A stretch of DNA of 63,356 bases, filler included, from Rozella allomycis CSF55 (lineage: Eukaryota), in assembly GCA_000442015.1 (NCBI GenBank). It is 14 parts of 14 records of this genome, joined end to end, with 100 filler letters (N's around TTAATTAATTAA, not from the genome) between each part and the next. Parts side by side here need not be neighbours in the genome. Positions count along the whole stretch, not along the records: positions 5,889 to 14,089 come from KE560872.1; positions 14,190 to 22,001 come from KE560873.1; positions 22,102 to 31,209 come from KE560874.1; 11 more parts are not named here. One strand, given 5' to 3'. The notes below the pieces were generated by a model. It ran no database searches, was not told the origin of the DNA, and was given only the letters and a program-made list of their open reading frames with translations. The translations under genes were made by a program, and so were the position numbers. Below, piece by piece: positions 12,386-26,488 of the stretch (positions are counted from its first letter, which is position 1; every line of letters begins with the position of its first letter).

Positions 12386-15250
12386 TTTTTGACATTCACT
12401 GGCATCGTGTCTGGTGAATAAATAAGTTTTCGATAAGCCAAATGGTTCATGAATATATATTATTTATTTTAGAATAAATAACGTATTGTCTTTGAAATAA
12501 TCCTACACAGACATATTGACTATTGAAGACACCAGAAGCACATAATTTTAAGTTTCATGAGACGTGTTGGACTTATGTTTTTACGGAACAATCTTTTTTG
12601 TGAATAAAATAGGCAGTAATCAGTGTGACAATGTTTGATTGCCATATATTCCTATTACCTTGAACTGGAAAACAAATGGCGAAATTCTTGTTTGTTGTCT
12701 GGTAACCTTGTTGGCTTTATATAAAAGATATTTAAATGTTACCAGATTTAAACACTTTATACTTACCTAAAAATTAACGTTCACAACAAAAGTACGGCGC
12801 CGAAATCTTAAGCCGCTTCTACAGTAATGGTCTCTTAAATGGTAGGGAGCGTCAATTGTCTTAAATTCGTCTTCTCTGTTTTTGACCTGAATAACAAAAG
12901 CAGCAAGTTTTCAAACCTCCAATTTTTATGTATTGTATGCCGTCAATGTTTCAGATGGAAGCAGCAATGGAATGGGAATGTCGTAACCTTGCTGATAGGC
13001 TGATAGTCCATAGCCACTATTGCAGCACTGCGCATAAAGTAATTGAACAGTACTTTGTGGGTAACCATTTCGCGTTTCTGAATACAGTGGCTAAAAGGAA
13101 CTATAGACTTTTACAACTCTACGCTGCATTCGTCTAAATGTTTCTTTGCCACCATTTTGGAAAACAACAATTCAAAAAATCTGCCCAGGGTTAACGGCTC
13201 TGTAATTACCTACGATTTACATAAATAGATGATTTTACTTTTGGTCGATAGTCGTCGGAGAAAATCAAAAAATTTGGGGTCGTAGATCCTGGTGATTTAA
13301 TTTCCTCAGTACCCGTACTTCCATCAACATGCATTCTACTTTGCGGATCATCAAAATATAAAAAACAGTCCTTCTGCTCAACAATACATTTACTTCGCAT
13401 TTTAGCATCCATCAGCCAAATCTGACAAGCAAATTCCCATTCTGTTTCAATGCTACCGTTTCTGATTGATTTTTGCCGCTAGAATTGCACAACATTAAAT
13501 CTAGCGTGGAGATGGTATTGCTGCCGATTCATTGCAAAATCTCCCCAACGCTGCTTCTGATACAATTTTTTAAGCGGACGACCTGCCAAACTCTTGGTCT
13601 CTCATAGAATGATCATCTACTAAAAGTGGAATGTAATCAGTTATTTTAGCGACGGTATTTAAAATAATGCAAAATATAGAAGACGGCAGAATCCTTGCAG
13701 CCCACAAACATTTCAGAGCAGGCAAGTGGTGCATACGTTACAGTTTGAGGCAGAATCTCCTTCACAATTAGATTTTCAAAGCTTCTGTGGGCAGCAATGG
13801 AGATAAATGTCCTTCAAGTCATTCTCAAAAGTCTTTGCGCTGTTATATTGCTGATTTTGGTTGTTGAATTGGTAAAATGATTAGTTGTGGCCACAGCCGA
13901 TAATATATGTTTCGGTATTCTCTTTAATTTGGTCATTTTACCAAAATGAAATTGTACAGGGGTTGAGGAAATGAAAATACTAACAAGCAATTCTTTGTCG
14001 TTGACATTGACTAGCCAATATGCTCAAATAAAGTTATTTGTGAGGAAAATATCAACAAAATCGACGTTGACTTGCCATCTCTCAGCGACNNNNNNNNNNN
14101 NNNNNNNNNNNNNNNNNNNNNNNNNNNNNNNNNTTAATTAATTAANNNNNNNNNNNNNNNNNNNNNNNNNNNNNNNNNNNNNNNNNNNNTGATTCTATTT
14201 TTAGCCAAAAATTTTTCTTGCTTGAAAAATCATTCAGATCCTTTTTTTTAATTAATTAAAATTCTACTTGCCGTTTTTCTTTATCTTCCATTCTCTTTTC
14301 CTCTTCGAATAGATTCTTTTCTTCAATAAACACATCGTATTGATCTTTAAAAAATTTATTTAATTCTTCTCTTTTCCTTTCCCTTTCTCCTTTAACTTGC
14401 TTTTCCTTTTCTCATTCTTTTCTCTCTTTGACTTTTTCTATTATAACTTCTCTTTCACTCTTTATTATTTCTTTAATTAATTCTTCCGCAATCTCTTAAA
14501 TTAAATTGTTCATTTTACTTTGTCTTCATTGCTTTGTCTTGTTAGTTTCGCTCTGTTGACTTTGTGTTTAATTTGCTCATAATTATTCACCATCTAAACC
14601 AACCCCCTCTATCGCTCTTTTTGACTCGTTCTTGTTGTCCTCAGTGCATCCTCTACCCTCGTTTGTCTCTCATAATTCAAATAATGCGTAAATTCTATCT
14701 TTATCAATTTACTCGCCTTGACAAAATCTCTCTCTTCCCTTTCTTCATTAATCGTTTACCTTTCCTTTTAATACCTCATTCAAATAAGTTTAATCATTTT
14801 ACCTCTCAAGCCATTATTCTTTTTTTGTTATTCAACATGCTCTGGTATTCTCATCCCAGGAAATGTTTCATTCACAAACTGTTTCAATCCATACAAAGGG
14901 TCAATTAATGATATATTTTCATCTATTTGATTCGTTTCATATCTCTCTCCCTTGGCATCGGTACATACATTCCGCTCTGGGTACTTTATGCCCCTTCTCT
15001 TGGCTTCTTCCTTTAATCATTCTGTCTCTTTTGAATCTGATACCTCATTTTAAAGGGTAACAATTGGGTCTTGTTTTGGGGTGAAAATTGAACCGTCATA
15101 TTCTTAGGATACTGTCGCTCCATGCGCTTATAGTATCTTAATCTTCATAAATTGGATAGTAAATCGTAAGATAAAAAGAGTAAAAACTGATGTCGATTGA
15201 GAATGGATTATGCTCCGTTCTATTTATTGATATCTCCTTGGAGTTGGGTA

Positions 15251-16036
15251 CGTCGGTTTGTCACCCGCCTAAAGTCGGGTCATCACACCCCAAAGTAGGG
15301 ATAGCACCCTCATTCGGTGGGTCGTCACCCTACATGTAAAGATAGCACCCTGGTTCGGTGGGTTGTCACTCTACAGCATAACGTCGTCACCCTAGATTTG
15401 GAGGCTTCGCACCCTACATGTCAGGTCATCACCCTACCAAAAATTTTTGTCACTCTGGTAAATGTCGGCTCAGCACTCTACAGGTGATCCAGTTGAGCAA
15501 TAATTGGTACGGGCGGTTTTCTATGCCAGCATAAATCTAAAAAAACAAAAAACTTTTTTCTAACCGATTCAAACAACAGTGAATGGCATTGCAACTGCCC
15601 ATTTTTCGTAAAATGGAAAATATGCAAACATATTTCAATTCTTCTCAAAAAACTAAACATTGCTCAAGATGATATTCCCGACATTCGATCTTTCGCCTCC
15701 ACGCGCAAACGCAAGAACATCGGCAATGACGCTGAAGAAGATATTACATTAAAAGGAAGAGGACAAAAGGCCAGAGAAGCATTGGAAATGGATGAATAAA
15801 TGATTTTTATTTATTCAAATTGTATCGTTATTAATAGATTGTTGTGTTACTTCAAGGTTTTAAAGAAGGGTGATAACCTTACAAAATACAGAGTAACATC
15901 CTGACAAAGGGGTGCGATGACCCGAAAAAATGCTCCATTTACGTGTAGGGTGACCCGCCACCCAATGAGGGTGACATCCTTACTTTGGGGTGTGACGACC
16001 CGACTATAGGCGGGTAAGGAACCGATTTTCTCAGCG
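15251..16036 (+). mobile_element. Non-autonomous foldback-type DNA transposon with long imperfect TIRs and a SWIM-finger remnant
   Basis: 15252-15350 is the imperfect reverse complement of ~15930-16025; periodic CACCC motifs; internal + frame WHCNCPFFVKWKICKH ending at TAA 15799. Confidence 0.75.
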
Positions 16037-16039
16037 TAT

Positions 16040-16985
16040 GAAACTAATGCCCTCTTTCCATTCCATAAGTATGACCAGGTATAACGTTGATATTTCAAGA
16101 GGAACTCCCCGGTAATTCAACTACTGCTGCCAAAAACAAGATTTTTGGTAACAGAATGGTATTGATGAACTGAATTTTTCCTTTGTCATTCTCAATCTTC
16201 TAAATTCTTGAGTTGAAGCATTGTGATTTAACAACACCAATAGAGTTTTGGTTAGATTCAATTCAGCGTAACAGCGTTAGACGCTAATTTATATTCTTTC
16301 AATATTTCCAGCACCAATAACAGTTCCATTCTACGTTTAAGAAAAACAACAATGTCATCAGCAAAGCTCATTATTTGCAACTATATTTCATGATTCTAAA
16401 ACCCAAAATCATTGACATTATACACAGAAGTAGAGGTTGTAGAGCTATATTGTATAAATGAGGAGATATAGGATCCCCTTGTCTTACCCCTCTTTTAACA
16501 TTAAAATTCAAAAAAAAGAATCAATTGATACATATTTGAGATGAAAGATTAAAATGTAGAGATCTTAACCAGTCAAGGAATTTAATTGGAAAGTTCATTC
16601 ATTGTAAGCAAATTAATAAATATTCCAACGACAACCTGTCATATGCCTTTTGTTGATCTAGCAATACTATTAAGCCTTCTCATTCTGGATGTTGCCTAAT
16701 GTGATTAATATTTTCATACATTATAAAAGCGTGATCCATTGCTGATCTATTTCTCATAAAACCAGCTTGGCAAGGATGAATGAGACTATCTAAAAACTTC
16801 ATTAATCCATTATCAATTAATTTTGATAATATTCTATAATCAGTATTAATAAGTGATATCGGTCTCCAATTCCTTATATCCTCCTTTTCTCCCTTGTAAA
16901 ATATCAGTTTCATTATTGAATGATTAAAAGACTTTGGAAATAAGTTAGAATTTAACCAATTATTAACCATCTCAAACATAAATTT
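16040..16985 (-). mobile_element. Degenerate non-LTR (L1/Tx1-like) reverse transcriptase
   Basis: NWRPISLINTDYRILSK, IHPCQAGF, LDQQKAYDR, RGVRQGDPISP.LY, FADDIVV and YLWNGKR. Confidence 0.88.
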
Positions 16986-17032
16986 TTTGTCAAGTGTTTA
17001 ATGAAGAAGTGCTTAAAATAAGTTACAATAAT

Positions 17033-20000
17033 TGTTGAAGTAAGCTTTAGTGGCAAAGAAGCAAACGAAGCTAAAATCCAAGTAAAGCTTAATGAAGTGT
17101 TAGCACACATCAATGAAGTCAGAAGAATAATCGCAAAGAAAGAAGAAGAAGAAGACAACAATAAATCAATTATGAATGGCAACAATTTATTAGAATCTTC
17201 CAGTAGAATAGTAATAGTAATTATGACAACGTCAGGATGTAAAAAGGGAAGCAATTAATACATAAAGAATTGGTGTCTATTTCATCTCTCTTATTCATCT
17301 TCATTTTATCATCTTATCTATCCATCCATTAATCTTATTAGAGTTATGAACAATTCCGAATCCTCGTCCTATCGCATTGAAAAACTAACCGGGACCACCA
17401 ATTATCACACATGGGCGCTGGATTTCCGCTCAATCCTTGAAGAATTAGACCGTGATCGCTCCCTCACATCACATGCGTATCCATTATCCAAAGACGAGCA
17501 AGCTCAACACAGGAAAGCCTTCGCCAAACTGAAACTTGCTGTCAACGAATTCATCAAACCCAAGATCGAAACTTGTCCAAACATTTTTGAAGCATGGCGT
17601 CTTTTAGCTGATGAATTCGCTCCAATCAAGCACGCTGTCCAACTCCATGCTCGCCGCCAATTTCCGACGCTCACTTTTGATGCACATGAAACCTTACCTG
17701 ATTTCGTCCAGAAGCGTGAAATTTTGTTATTGGATTTTCGAAGAAGCGGTGACAAACTTAACGATGACTCCATTATTCAGACAATCTTATCAAGCCTCTC
17801 AGACCAATACAAACCCCTGGTGCATCACTGCAAAAGCCAACCGTCTCAACGCTCATCATTGAATGTTCTTCTCCGTTTGCTCAAAGTTGAAGCTCACGAA
17901 ACTGTTCTAACTAAATTTGTCAACCCAATTGTACCAGACCAAGCCTATAATACTATGCCGGCCACTCCTCCCGGCTGTTGCGATATTTGTCATTTGAAAA
18001 ATCATTCTCCTCAAACATGTCAACATCGTCCACTTTGGTATGTGCCAGGAAAATTTCAGTACCTGTTTTGCAAGAATTGTCGCACTGCCGGTCAGAACTG
18101 TCCTCACCCACCAGCACCAAGAGAACCAAGGTGTGACCGAGGATATCAACAACATCGAAGACGGCATGAATCTCCCAGACTACCTCGTAGACATCAAGAT
18201 GACCCTCCTAAACGAAGCGACGAGAATCGCCAACCTGAATCAGGACTCGTTCACAATGATGAAGATCCATTTAACCCAAACATATTCTCCAATTGTTTTC
18301 ATGTATCCGCAAACAATCAACAATTACAACAAGCCTCATTGCCCGTAGAAAAATTTGTGAATTTGGAAGCTAACCATGCCCTCTCATCAGGTAACACTTG
18401 GCTTATTGAAACAGGGTGCACTCATCACATGACTAACAATATCAATCTCTTTAATGACTATCACGAACATGCTAATCAACCTGTTCGAGTTGCGAATAAT
18501 AGTCTTGAAGTTCCAGGTTCAGGGTCTGTCTCACTCCAGGTGCTATTTCGCGATGGCACAGTCAAGCCTTTTCTCTTATCTAATGTTCTCTATATACCAG
18601 ATTTAAATCATAATTTATTTTCCTGTCGAGATCCGAATGTTCAAAAGAATCGTGTGTTGTTAAATGATGGGTTCTGTACTGTTGAAGACAAGGTCACTGG
18701 AGTAATTTTGTTGGAAGGCGTGTATGATGGTCAATTTTATCTTATTAATACTTTACGAGCTGCAATGTTATCATCTGCGAGTTTAAATAAGATAAATACA
18801 ATGAATTTGTGGCATGATAGACTTGGTCATGTGAACGAGGAAACAATGAAACAGATGTGGAAACACCAAACCGTTGATGGAACGAAGCCCTTTAATGTTA
18901 ATCATAAGCTTGATTTCAGTGAATCTTGTGCACAGAGCAAAATTAACTCGGTCGACTTTGAAAAAAAGTTGTCGCCAAGAGGTCCAAGTGGGACAACTTT
19001 GGCACACGGATTTGATGGGTCCCATTAACGGAACAACTCCAAGAGGCAAAAAATATTTGATAAATTTTATTGAAAATAATTCTGGATTCCTTATAATGAA
19101 TTATTGGCACAGAAAAAAGATGCCGCCGAAGCCATCAAGACATTCATAAGGAGAATACACAATGAGCAAAGTTGTCGAATTCAAACAATAAGATCTAATA
19201 GAGGCGGAGAATTTGTTAACGGACCTTTTAATGATTTTTTGGCCAGATGGGAATTCATCATGAGCTCACTTCACCCCACACCCCTGAACAAGATGGTAAG
19301 GCCGAACGGAAAAATCGCACATAAATGGAAGCTTGTTTAGCAATGATGCAAAATGGCAATTCAGCTCCATCAATGTGGGGGGAAGCCATTATGGCGGCAA
19401 ACTACATACAGAACAGAACAGGAATACAACAACATTCATACAAGACAGCATATGAAATTTATTATAATCAAAAGCNCATTAACGGAACAACTCCAAGAGG
19501 CAAAAAATATTTGATAAATTTTATTGAAAATAATTCTGGATTCCTTATAATGAATTATTGGCACAGAAAAAAGATGCCGCCGAAGCCATCAAGACATTCA
19601 TAAGGAGAATACACAATGAGCAAAGNGATAAATACAATGAATTTGTGGCATGATAGACTTGGTCATGTGAACGAGGAAACAATGAAACAGATGTGGAAAC
19701 ACCAAACCGTTGATGGAACGAAGCCCTTTAATGTTAATCATAAGCTTGATTTCAGTGAATCTTGTGCACAGAGCAAAATTAACTCGGTCGACTTTGAAAA
19801 AAAGTTGTCGCCAAGAGGTCCAAGTGGGACAACTTTGGCACACGGATTTGATGGGTCCCATTAACGGAACAACTCCAAGAGGCAAAAAATATTTGATAAA
19901 TTTTATTGAAAATAATTCTGGATTCCTTATAATGAATTATTGGCACAGAAAAAAGATGCCGCCGAAGCCATCAAGACATTCATAAGGAGAATACACAATG

Positions 20001-21982
20001 AGCAAAGTTGTCGAATTCAAACAATAAGATCTAATAGAGGCGGAGAATTTGTTAACGGACCTTTTAATGATTTTTTGGCCAGATGGGAATTCATCATGAG
20101 CTCACTTCACCCCACACCCCTGAACAAGATGGTAAGGCCGAACGGAAAAATCGCACATAAATGGAAGCTTGTTTAGCAATGATGCAAAATGGCAATTCAG
20201 CTCCATCAATGTGGGGGGAAGCCATTATGGCGGCAAACTACATACAGAACAGAACAGGAATACAACAACATTCATACAAGACAGCATATGAAATTTATTA
20301 TAATCAAAAGCCGGATATATCAGATTTAAGAAAATATGGTTCTGAATCATTTGTACATATACCGAAATCTGAGAGACAGAAGTTGGACTATCACTCAGTA
20401 AAATGCAAGCTAGTATGTTATGACTTAAATTCAAAAGCATGGCGCCGCTTTAATGTAATTGGAACAAATAAATAAAATAATTATCCCAACACATGCAGTG
20501 TTTAACGAAATCAAGAAAGAATATATCACACTACAAGAAAATCCTAAACCAAACAATCAACCAAACAAAATCAAAGAACAATTAAAACAAGACATAAAAC
20601 AAGAAATCAAACAACAAATTAATGAACAATTCAAACAAAACAACAACAATCAACCAACTGATGATGAAAGAGAAGAATTCTTCACATCAGAGAAACCAAA
20701 GCAGAAAACCCCATTAATTCCAAACGTCGTTACGTCGNCGAATTCAAACAATAAGATCTAATAGAGGCGGAGAATTTGTTAACGGACCTTTTAATGATTT
20801 TTTGGCCAGATGGGAATTCATCATGAGCTCACTTCACCCCACACCCCTGAACAAGATGGTAAGGCCGAACGGAAAAATCGCACATAAATGGAAGCTTGTT
20901 TAGCAATGATGCAAAATGGCAATTCAGCTCCATCAATGTGGGGGGAAGCCATTATGGCGGCAAACTACATACAGAACAGAACAGGAATACAACAACATTC
21001 ATACAAGACAGCATATGAAATTTATTATAATCAAAAGCCGGATATATCAGATTTAAGAAAATATGGTTCTGAATCATTTGTACATATACCGAAATCTGAG
21101 AGACAGAAGTTGGACTATCACTCAGTAAAATGCAAGCTAGTATGTTATGACTTAAATTCAAAAGCATGGCGCCGCTTTAATGTAATTGGAACAAATAAAT
21201 AAAATAATTATCCCAACACATGCAGTGTTTAACGAAATCAAGAAAGAATATATCACACTACAAGAAAATCCTAAACCAAACAATCAACCAAACAAAATCA
21301 AAGAACAATTAAAACAAGACATAAAACAAGAAATCAAACAACAAATTAATGAACAATTCAAACAAAACAACAACAATCAACCAACTGATGATGAAAGAGA
21401 AGAATTCTTCACATCAGAGAAACCAAAGCAGAAAACCCCATTAATTCCAAACGTCGTTACGTCGATACAAGACATCAGCCCAAGAGAGCTGCAAATAAAA
21501 CTATATGATACGCTGAAAACGTAGTAAATGAAGCAATTACAGGAAGTGAGACGGAAATTTAAGAAAGTGAATATATTGAAAATAATAAGTTACAAGATAA
21601 TTTTCAGAATGAAAGTTTTTATTATGCATGTATTGCTGCTGCCGATGAACCATCTAACTATAAAGAAGCTATCAGAAGTGATGAGAAGGATAAATGGATT
21701 CAAGCCATGAAGGAGGAATATGACTCATTAATGAACAATAATACATGGAAATTAGTTGATTTGCCAAAAGGTAGAAAAGCTGTTAAACCAAAATGGGTCT
21801 TTAAGAAGAAAAAGAATGAACACGGTCAAGTCAGTCGATATAAGGCAAGATTAGTTCTCAAAGGATTCACTCAGAAATTTGGCATTGATTATTACGAAAC
21901 ATTTAGTCCAGTAGTCAATATGAATCGGTGAGAATATTTTTATCTTTGGTAGCACAGTGCAATCTTCACACTAGACAATTGG
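17033..21982 (+). mobile_element. Ty1/copia retrotransposon (gag-PR-GAGpre-IN-RT), frameshifted, with internal n-joined duplications
   Basis: IEKLTGTTNYHTW, WLIETGCTHHM, LWHDRLGHVN, HTDLMGP, IRSNRGGEF, WGEA...ANY.QNR, and MKEEYDSL..N.TW.LV.LP.GRK...KWVF..RYKARLV.KGF.Q..GIDY.ETFSPV; a TGTTG at ~17033 may be the LTR start. Confidence 0.92.
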
Positions 21983-22101
21983 ACATTTCAACTGCATATT
22001 TNNNNNNNNNNNNNNNNNNNNNNNNNNNNNNNNNNNNNNNNNNNNTTAATTAATTAANNNNNNNNNNNNNNNNNNNNNNNNNNNNNNNNNNNNNNNNNNN
22101 N

Positions 22102-25100
22102 ATTTAATAGCATCACAGTAATTATCAGTTACACTTATGCCTTGTTCAGTAATTTTATATCCTAAAAACTCTATCTAGGTCTTGTCAAAAGAACATTTAG
22201 AAACCTTAGCAACCAAATGATTATCTAATAATCTCTGTAACACCAATTTCACATGNAATACCCTGCTCAGTAATTTTGTATCCTAAAAATTCTATCTCGG
22301 TCTTATCAAAGGAACATTTGGAAACCTTAGCAACTAAATGATTTTCTAACAATCTCTGTAACACCAATTTCACATGTTTATCGTGTAATGTTGCATTTTG
22401 NCACTAAGGCTTTTGTATTATCAAAATAATTAAATTGAACACAAAGATATAGACGATTTCGTGAATCATTAAACAAAAAATATTCATTAAAACAAAAATA
22501 CTTTGAACCTTTCTCTCTTTTGTCTTCTTGNTTGTGAGAAAATTAAGATATCGTCCATATAAACATACATAAATTTATCTATGTAATCAGCAAAAATGTC
22601 ATTCATGAATCTTTGGAAAGCAGATGGAGCATTTCTTAATCCAAATGGCATCTCCTTATATTGATAATTACCAAAAGGTGTTCTAAAAGTTGTTTTCCAT
22701 TCATCACCTTCTTTAATACGAATTAAGTTATAAGCAGATTTTAAATCAATTTTAGAAAAGAATTTGCAATTATGAAGTCGTTCAATTATAGAATCGATTA
22801 ATGGTAAAGGATATTTATCTGGTATAGTTATTTGATTTAATCCTCTGTAATCAATGCATAATCTTAGAGAATTGTCTTTCTTTTTAACAAAGAGAATTGG
22901 AGCGCCACAGTTTGCTGTTGAAGGTTCAATAAATCCAATATCCATATTTTCTTTTACATAACTTTTTAAAATATCATATTCGTCTTTTGAACATTTGTAC
23001 ATGCATTTGAATGGTGGGTTGCTACCTTCAAAAAGATTTATTTCCAAGTCATGAGATCTATGATCGGGNTGGTAAAGGATATTTATCTGGTATGGTTATT
23101 TGATTTAATCCTCTTTAATCAATGCATAGTCTTAGAGAATTGTCTTTTTTTAACAAAAAGAACAAGAGCACCGCAGTTTGCTGTTGAAGGTTCAATAAAT
23201 CCAATATCCATATTTTCTTTTACATAACTTTTTAGAATATCGTATTCGTTTTTTGAACATTTATACATGCATTTGAATGGTGGATTGCTACCTTCAAAAA
23301 GATTAATTTCCAAGTCATGAGATCTATGATCGGGTAATACATTTGCACGTTGTTCATTAAACACCTCTGAAAATTCAATATATTTTGATGGTATGTCAGA
23401 AAGAATATTACTTACTAAGTTGATGACATAATCTTGTTTGGTGGAGCAATATTTAATACTTTTCCCTTCAGTAGTGTATTTCATAGATTCAACATTAAAT
23501 CTCTTATTGAATTGAATTTGATTGATTTTCCAGTTAATTTCTGGTTCCAATACACTTAATATAGACATTCCCAAAATAATTGGATGATTCCTACTTTCAA
23601 TAATGTTAAAACTTATTGGAACTACAATATTATCCAGTCTACACAATATCACATCACTGATATACTTTATCATGCCTGTTCCCACCTTGGCATGATTTAA
23701 AGTCTCAACCTTTTCCATGTGCTCCTTTTTAATAATTGGAACATTATGAGCCCTTGCAAAAGATTCATCCATAAATACTGAAGATGCACCTGTGTCCACT
23801 AAGGCTTTTGTATTATCAAAATAATCAGATTGAACAGAAAGATATAGAAGATTTCGTGAATCATTAAACGAAAAATATTCATTAAAACAAAAATACTTTG
23901 ATCCTTTTTCTTTATGGTCTTCTTGACTTCTCTTATCATGACGTTGATTCTTCATATTACAATTGAAGATTTTGTGTCCATCTTGCCCGCAATAAAAACA
24001 TAAANACACTTAATAATGACATGCCTAAAATAATTGGATGATTCCTACTTTCAATAATATTAAAACTAATTGGAACCACAATATTATCCAGTCTACATAA
24101 TATCACGTCACTGGTATACTTTATCATGCCTGTTCCAACCTTGGTATGATTTAAAGTTTCAACCTTTTCCATGTGCTCTTTTTTAATAATTGGAACGTTA
24201 TGAGCCCTTGCAAAAGATTCATCCATAAANTTACAATTGAAGATCTTGTGTCCATCCTTTCCTCAATAAAAACATAAATTCAATTCTTTCCTTCTTTGCC
24301 TTTCTTTCGTCATTTGACAATTTTTTCATTTTGGTTTGTATCAATCTCCATCAGGGTTGCTTCTTGCCGGGAATTCCCAATCATACCAAATGATGATTGT
24401 TGAAGGTTTTTTTCAAGTTTTCGTTCCGTCAATCGATGATCAATATTGATAGCCAAANTAGACATTCCCAAAATAATTGGATGATTCCTACTTTCAATAA
24501 TGTTAAAACTTATTGGAACTACAATATTATCCAGTCTACACAATATCACATCACTGATATACTTTATCATGCCTGTTCCCACCTTGGCATGATTTAAAGT
24601 CTCAACCTTTTCCATGTGCTCCTTTTTAATAATTGGAACATTATGAGCCCTTGCAAAAGATTCATCCATAAATACTGAAGATGCACCTGTGTCCACTAAG
24701 GCTTTTGTATTATCAAAATAATCAGATTGAACAGAAAGATATAGAAGATTTCGTGAATCATTAAACGAAAAATATTCATTAAAACAAAAATACTTTGAAC
24801 CTTTCTCTTTATTGTCTTCTTGACTTTTCTTTTCATGACGTTGGTTCTTCATATTACAATTGAAGATCTTGTGTCCATCCTTTCCTCAATAAAAACATAA
24901 ATTCAATTCTTTCCTTCTTTGCCTTTCTTTCGTCATTTGACAATTTTTTCATTTTGGTTTGTATCAATCTCCATCAGGGTTGCTTCTTGCCGGGAATTCC
25001 CAATCATACCAAATGATGATTGTTGAAGGTTTTTTTCAAGTTTTCGTTCCGTCAATCGATGATCAATATTGATAGCCAAATTTACTAATTCAGTCAAAGT

Positions 25101-26463
25101 TCTTGGTTTCTTAGTTAAAGATAATTCATCTTTGATAATGTTATTCAATCCTCGGTAAAATGCATTCTTGAGTGCAGCATCATTCCAATTTACATGTATT
25201 GACCGACTAAGAAATTTGGTGGTATATTCAGTAACAGAATATCTTCCTTGTTGTATTTCAGATCAACATAATTCCGATTCCAATTCCGCATTTGAAATCC
25301 TAAAAGCACTGAAAAGTTCATTTTTAAATAAGCCAATATTATTTAACACTTCGGAGCCTCGTTAGTCATCAAGATATGGTGAAAACCAAGAAAAGCTACT
25401 CCAGTCATTCCTGAGTTGCAGTAAGCAATCTTCTTCCCATCACTATTAAAACTTTGAGGTTTCATCTTGAACATGAGTTGGCAGTGTNGATAATTCATCC
25501 TTGATAATGTTATTCAACCCTCGGTAAAAAGCATTCTTGAGTGCAGCATCATTCCAATTTACATTTATTGAATGGCTACGAAATTTGGTAGTATATTCAG
25601 TAACAGAACATCTTCCTTGTTGTATTTCAGATAAGCATAATTCTGATTCCAATTCCGCATTTGAATTCCCAAAAGCACTGAAAAGTTCATTTTCNTTCTT
25701 CTTGTCTTTTCGTTTCATGACGTTGGTTCTTTATATTACAATTGAAGATTTTGTGTCCATCCTTCCCGCAATAAAAACATAAATTCAAATCTTTCCTTCT
25801 TTGCCTTTCTTCGTTTGATAATGTTCTCATTTTGGCTGTATCAATCTCCATCGGGGTTGTTTCTTGCCTTGAAATCCAAATTATACCAAATGATGATTGA
25901 CGGCTTTTTTCAAGTTTTCGTTACGTCAATCGATGATTAATGTTGATAGCCAAATTTACTAATTCAGTCAAAGTTCTGGTTTCTCAGTTCGAAATAATTC
26001 ATCCTTGATAATGTTATTCAATCCTCGGTAACATGCATTCTTGAGTGCAGCATCATTCCAATTTACATTTATTGATTGACTANATTTGACAATGTTCTCA
26101 TTTTGGTTGTATCAATCTCCATCGGAGTTGTTTCTTGTCTTGAATTCCAAATCATACCAAATGATGATTGACGGCTTTTTTCAAGTTTTCGTTCCGTCAA
26201 TCGATGATCAATATTGATAGCCAAATTTACTAATTCAGTCAAAGTTCTTGGTTTCTCAGTTCGAGATAATTCATCCTTGATAANTAAAAACTACTCCAGC
26301 CATTCTTGAGACTCAGTAAGCAATTTTTGTCTCATCACTATTAAAACTTTGAGGTTTCATCCTGAACATGAGTTGGCAGTGTCGCCAAAAATCCTTAGTC
26401 GTCTCCTTGTCACCTGAAAAACATGGTGGATCGCAACATTGATTCTTGAGAGTTTTCAGACAT
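22102..26463 (-). mobile_element. Ty3/gypsy (Tf1/chromovirus-like) gag-PR-RT, mosaic of n-joined paralogous fragments
   Basis: P..FSG gag start (ATG 26463), QG..SVTEY...F, CFYCGQDGHKIFNC knuckle, ALVDTGASS protease, LRLCIDYRGLN, YPLPLID, MPFGLRNAPSAFQ and VYMDDILIFS. Confidence 0.9.
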
Positions 26464-26488
26464 TTGCGTGTTGTTAGGTTATTTATAC

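Noticed and set aside
14190-15060. Pyrimidine-rich stretch with short + ORFs
   Set aside because: Low complexity with many stops on the purine strand and no recognisable domain
15255-15480. Regularly spaced repeats superficially like a CRISPR array
   Set aside because: Cores are only 5-8 bp with a ~21-bp period, mirrored in an inverted arm, in a eukaryote with no cas genes; better explained as transposon subterminal repeats
18790-21465. Tandem triplication of the copia integrase region
   Set aside because: Copies look identical and each junction is a single n; assembly overlap artefact
17346-21931. Programmed frameshifting in copia pol
   Set aside because: Several shifts plus mutated catalytic residues (ETG protease, RSNRGGE integrase) indicate decay or sequencing error
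22102-26284. Tandem array of gag/protease modules
   Set aside because: All junctions are single n; a mosaic of contigs from a multicopy gypsy family
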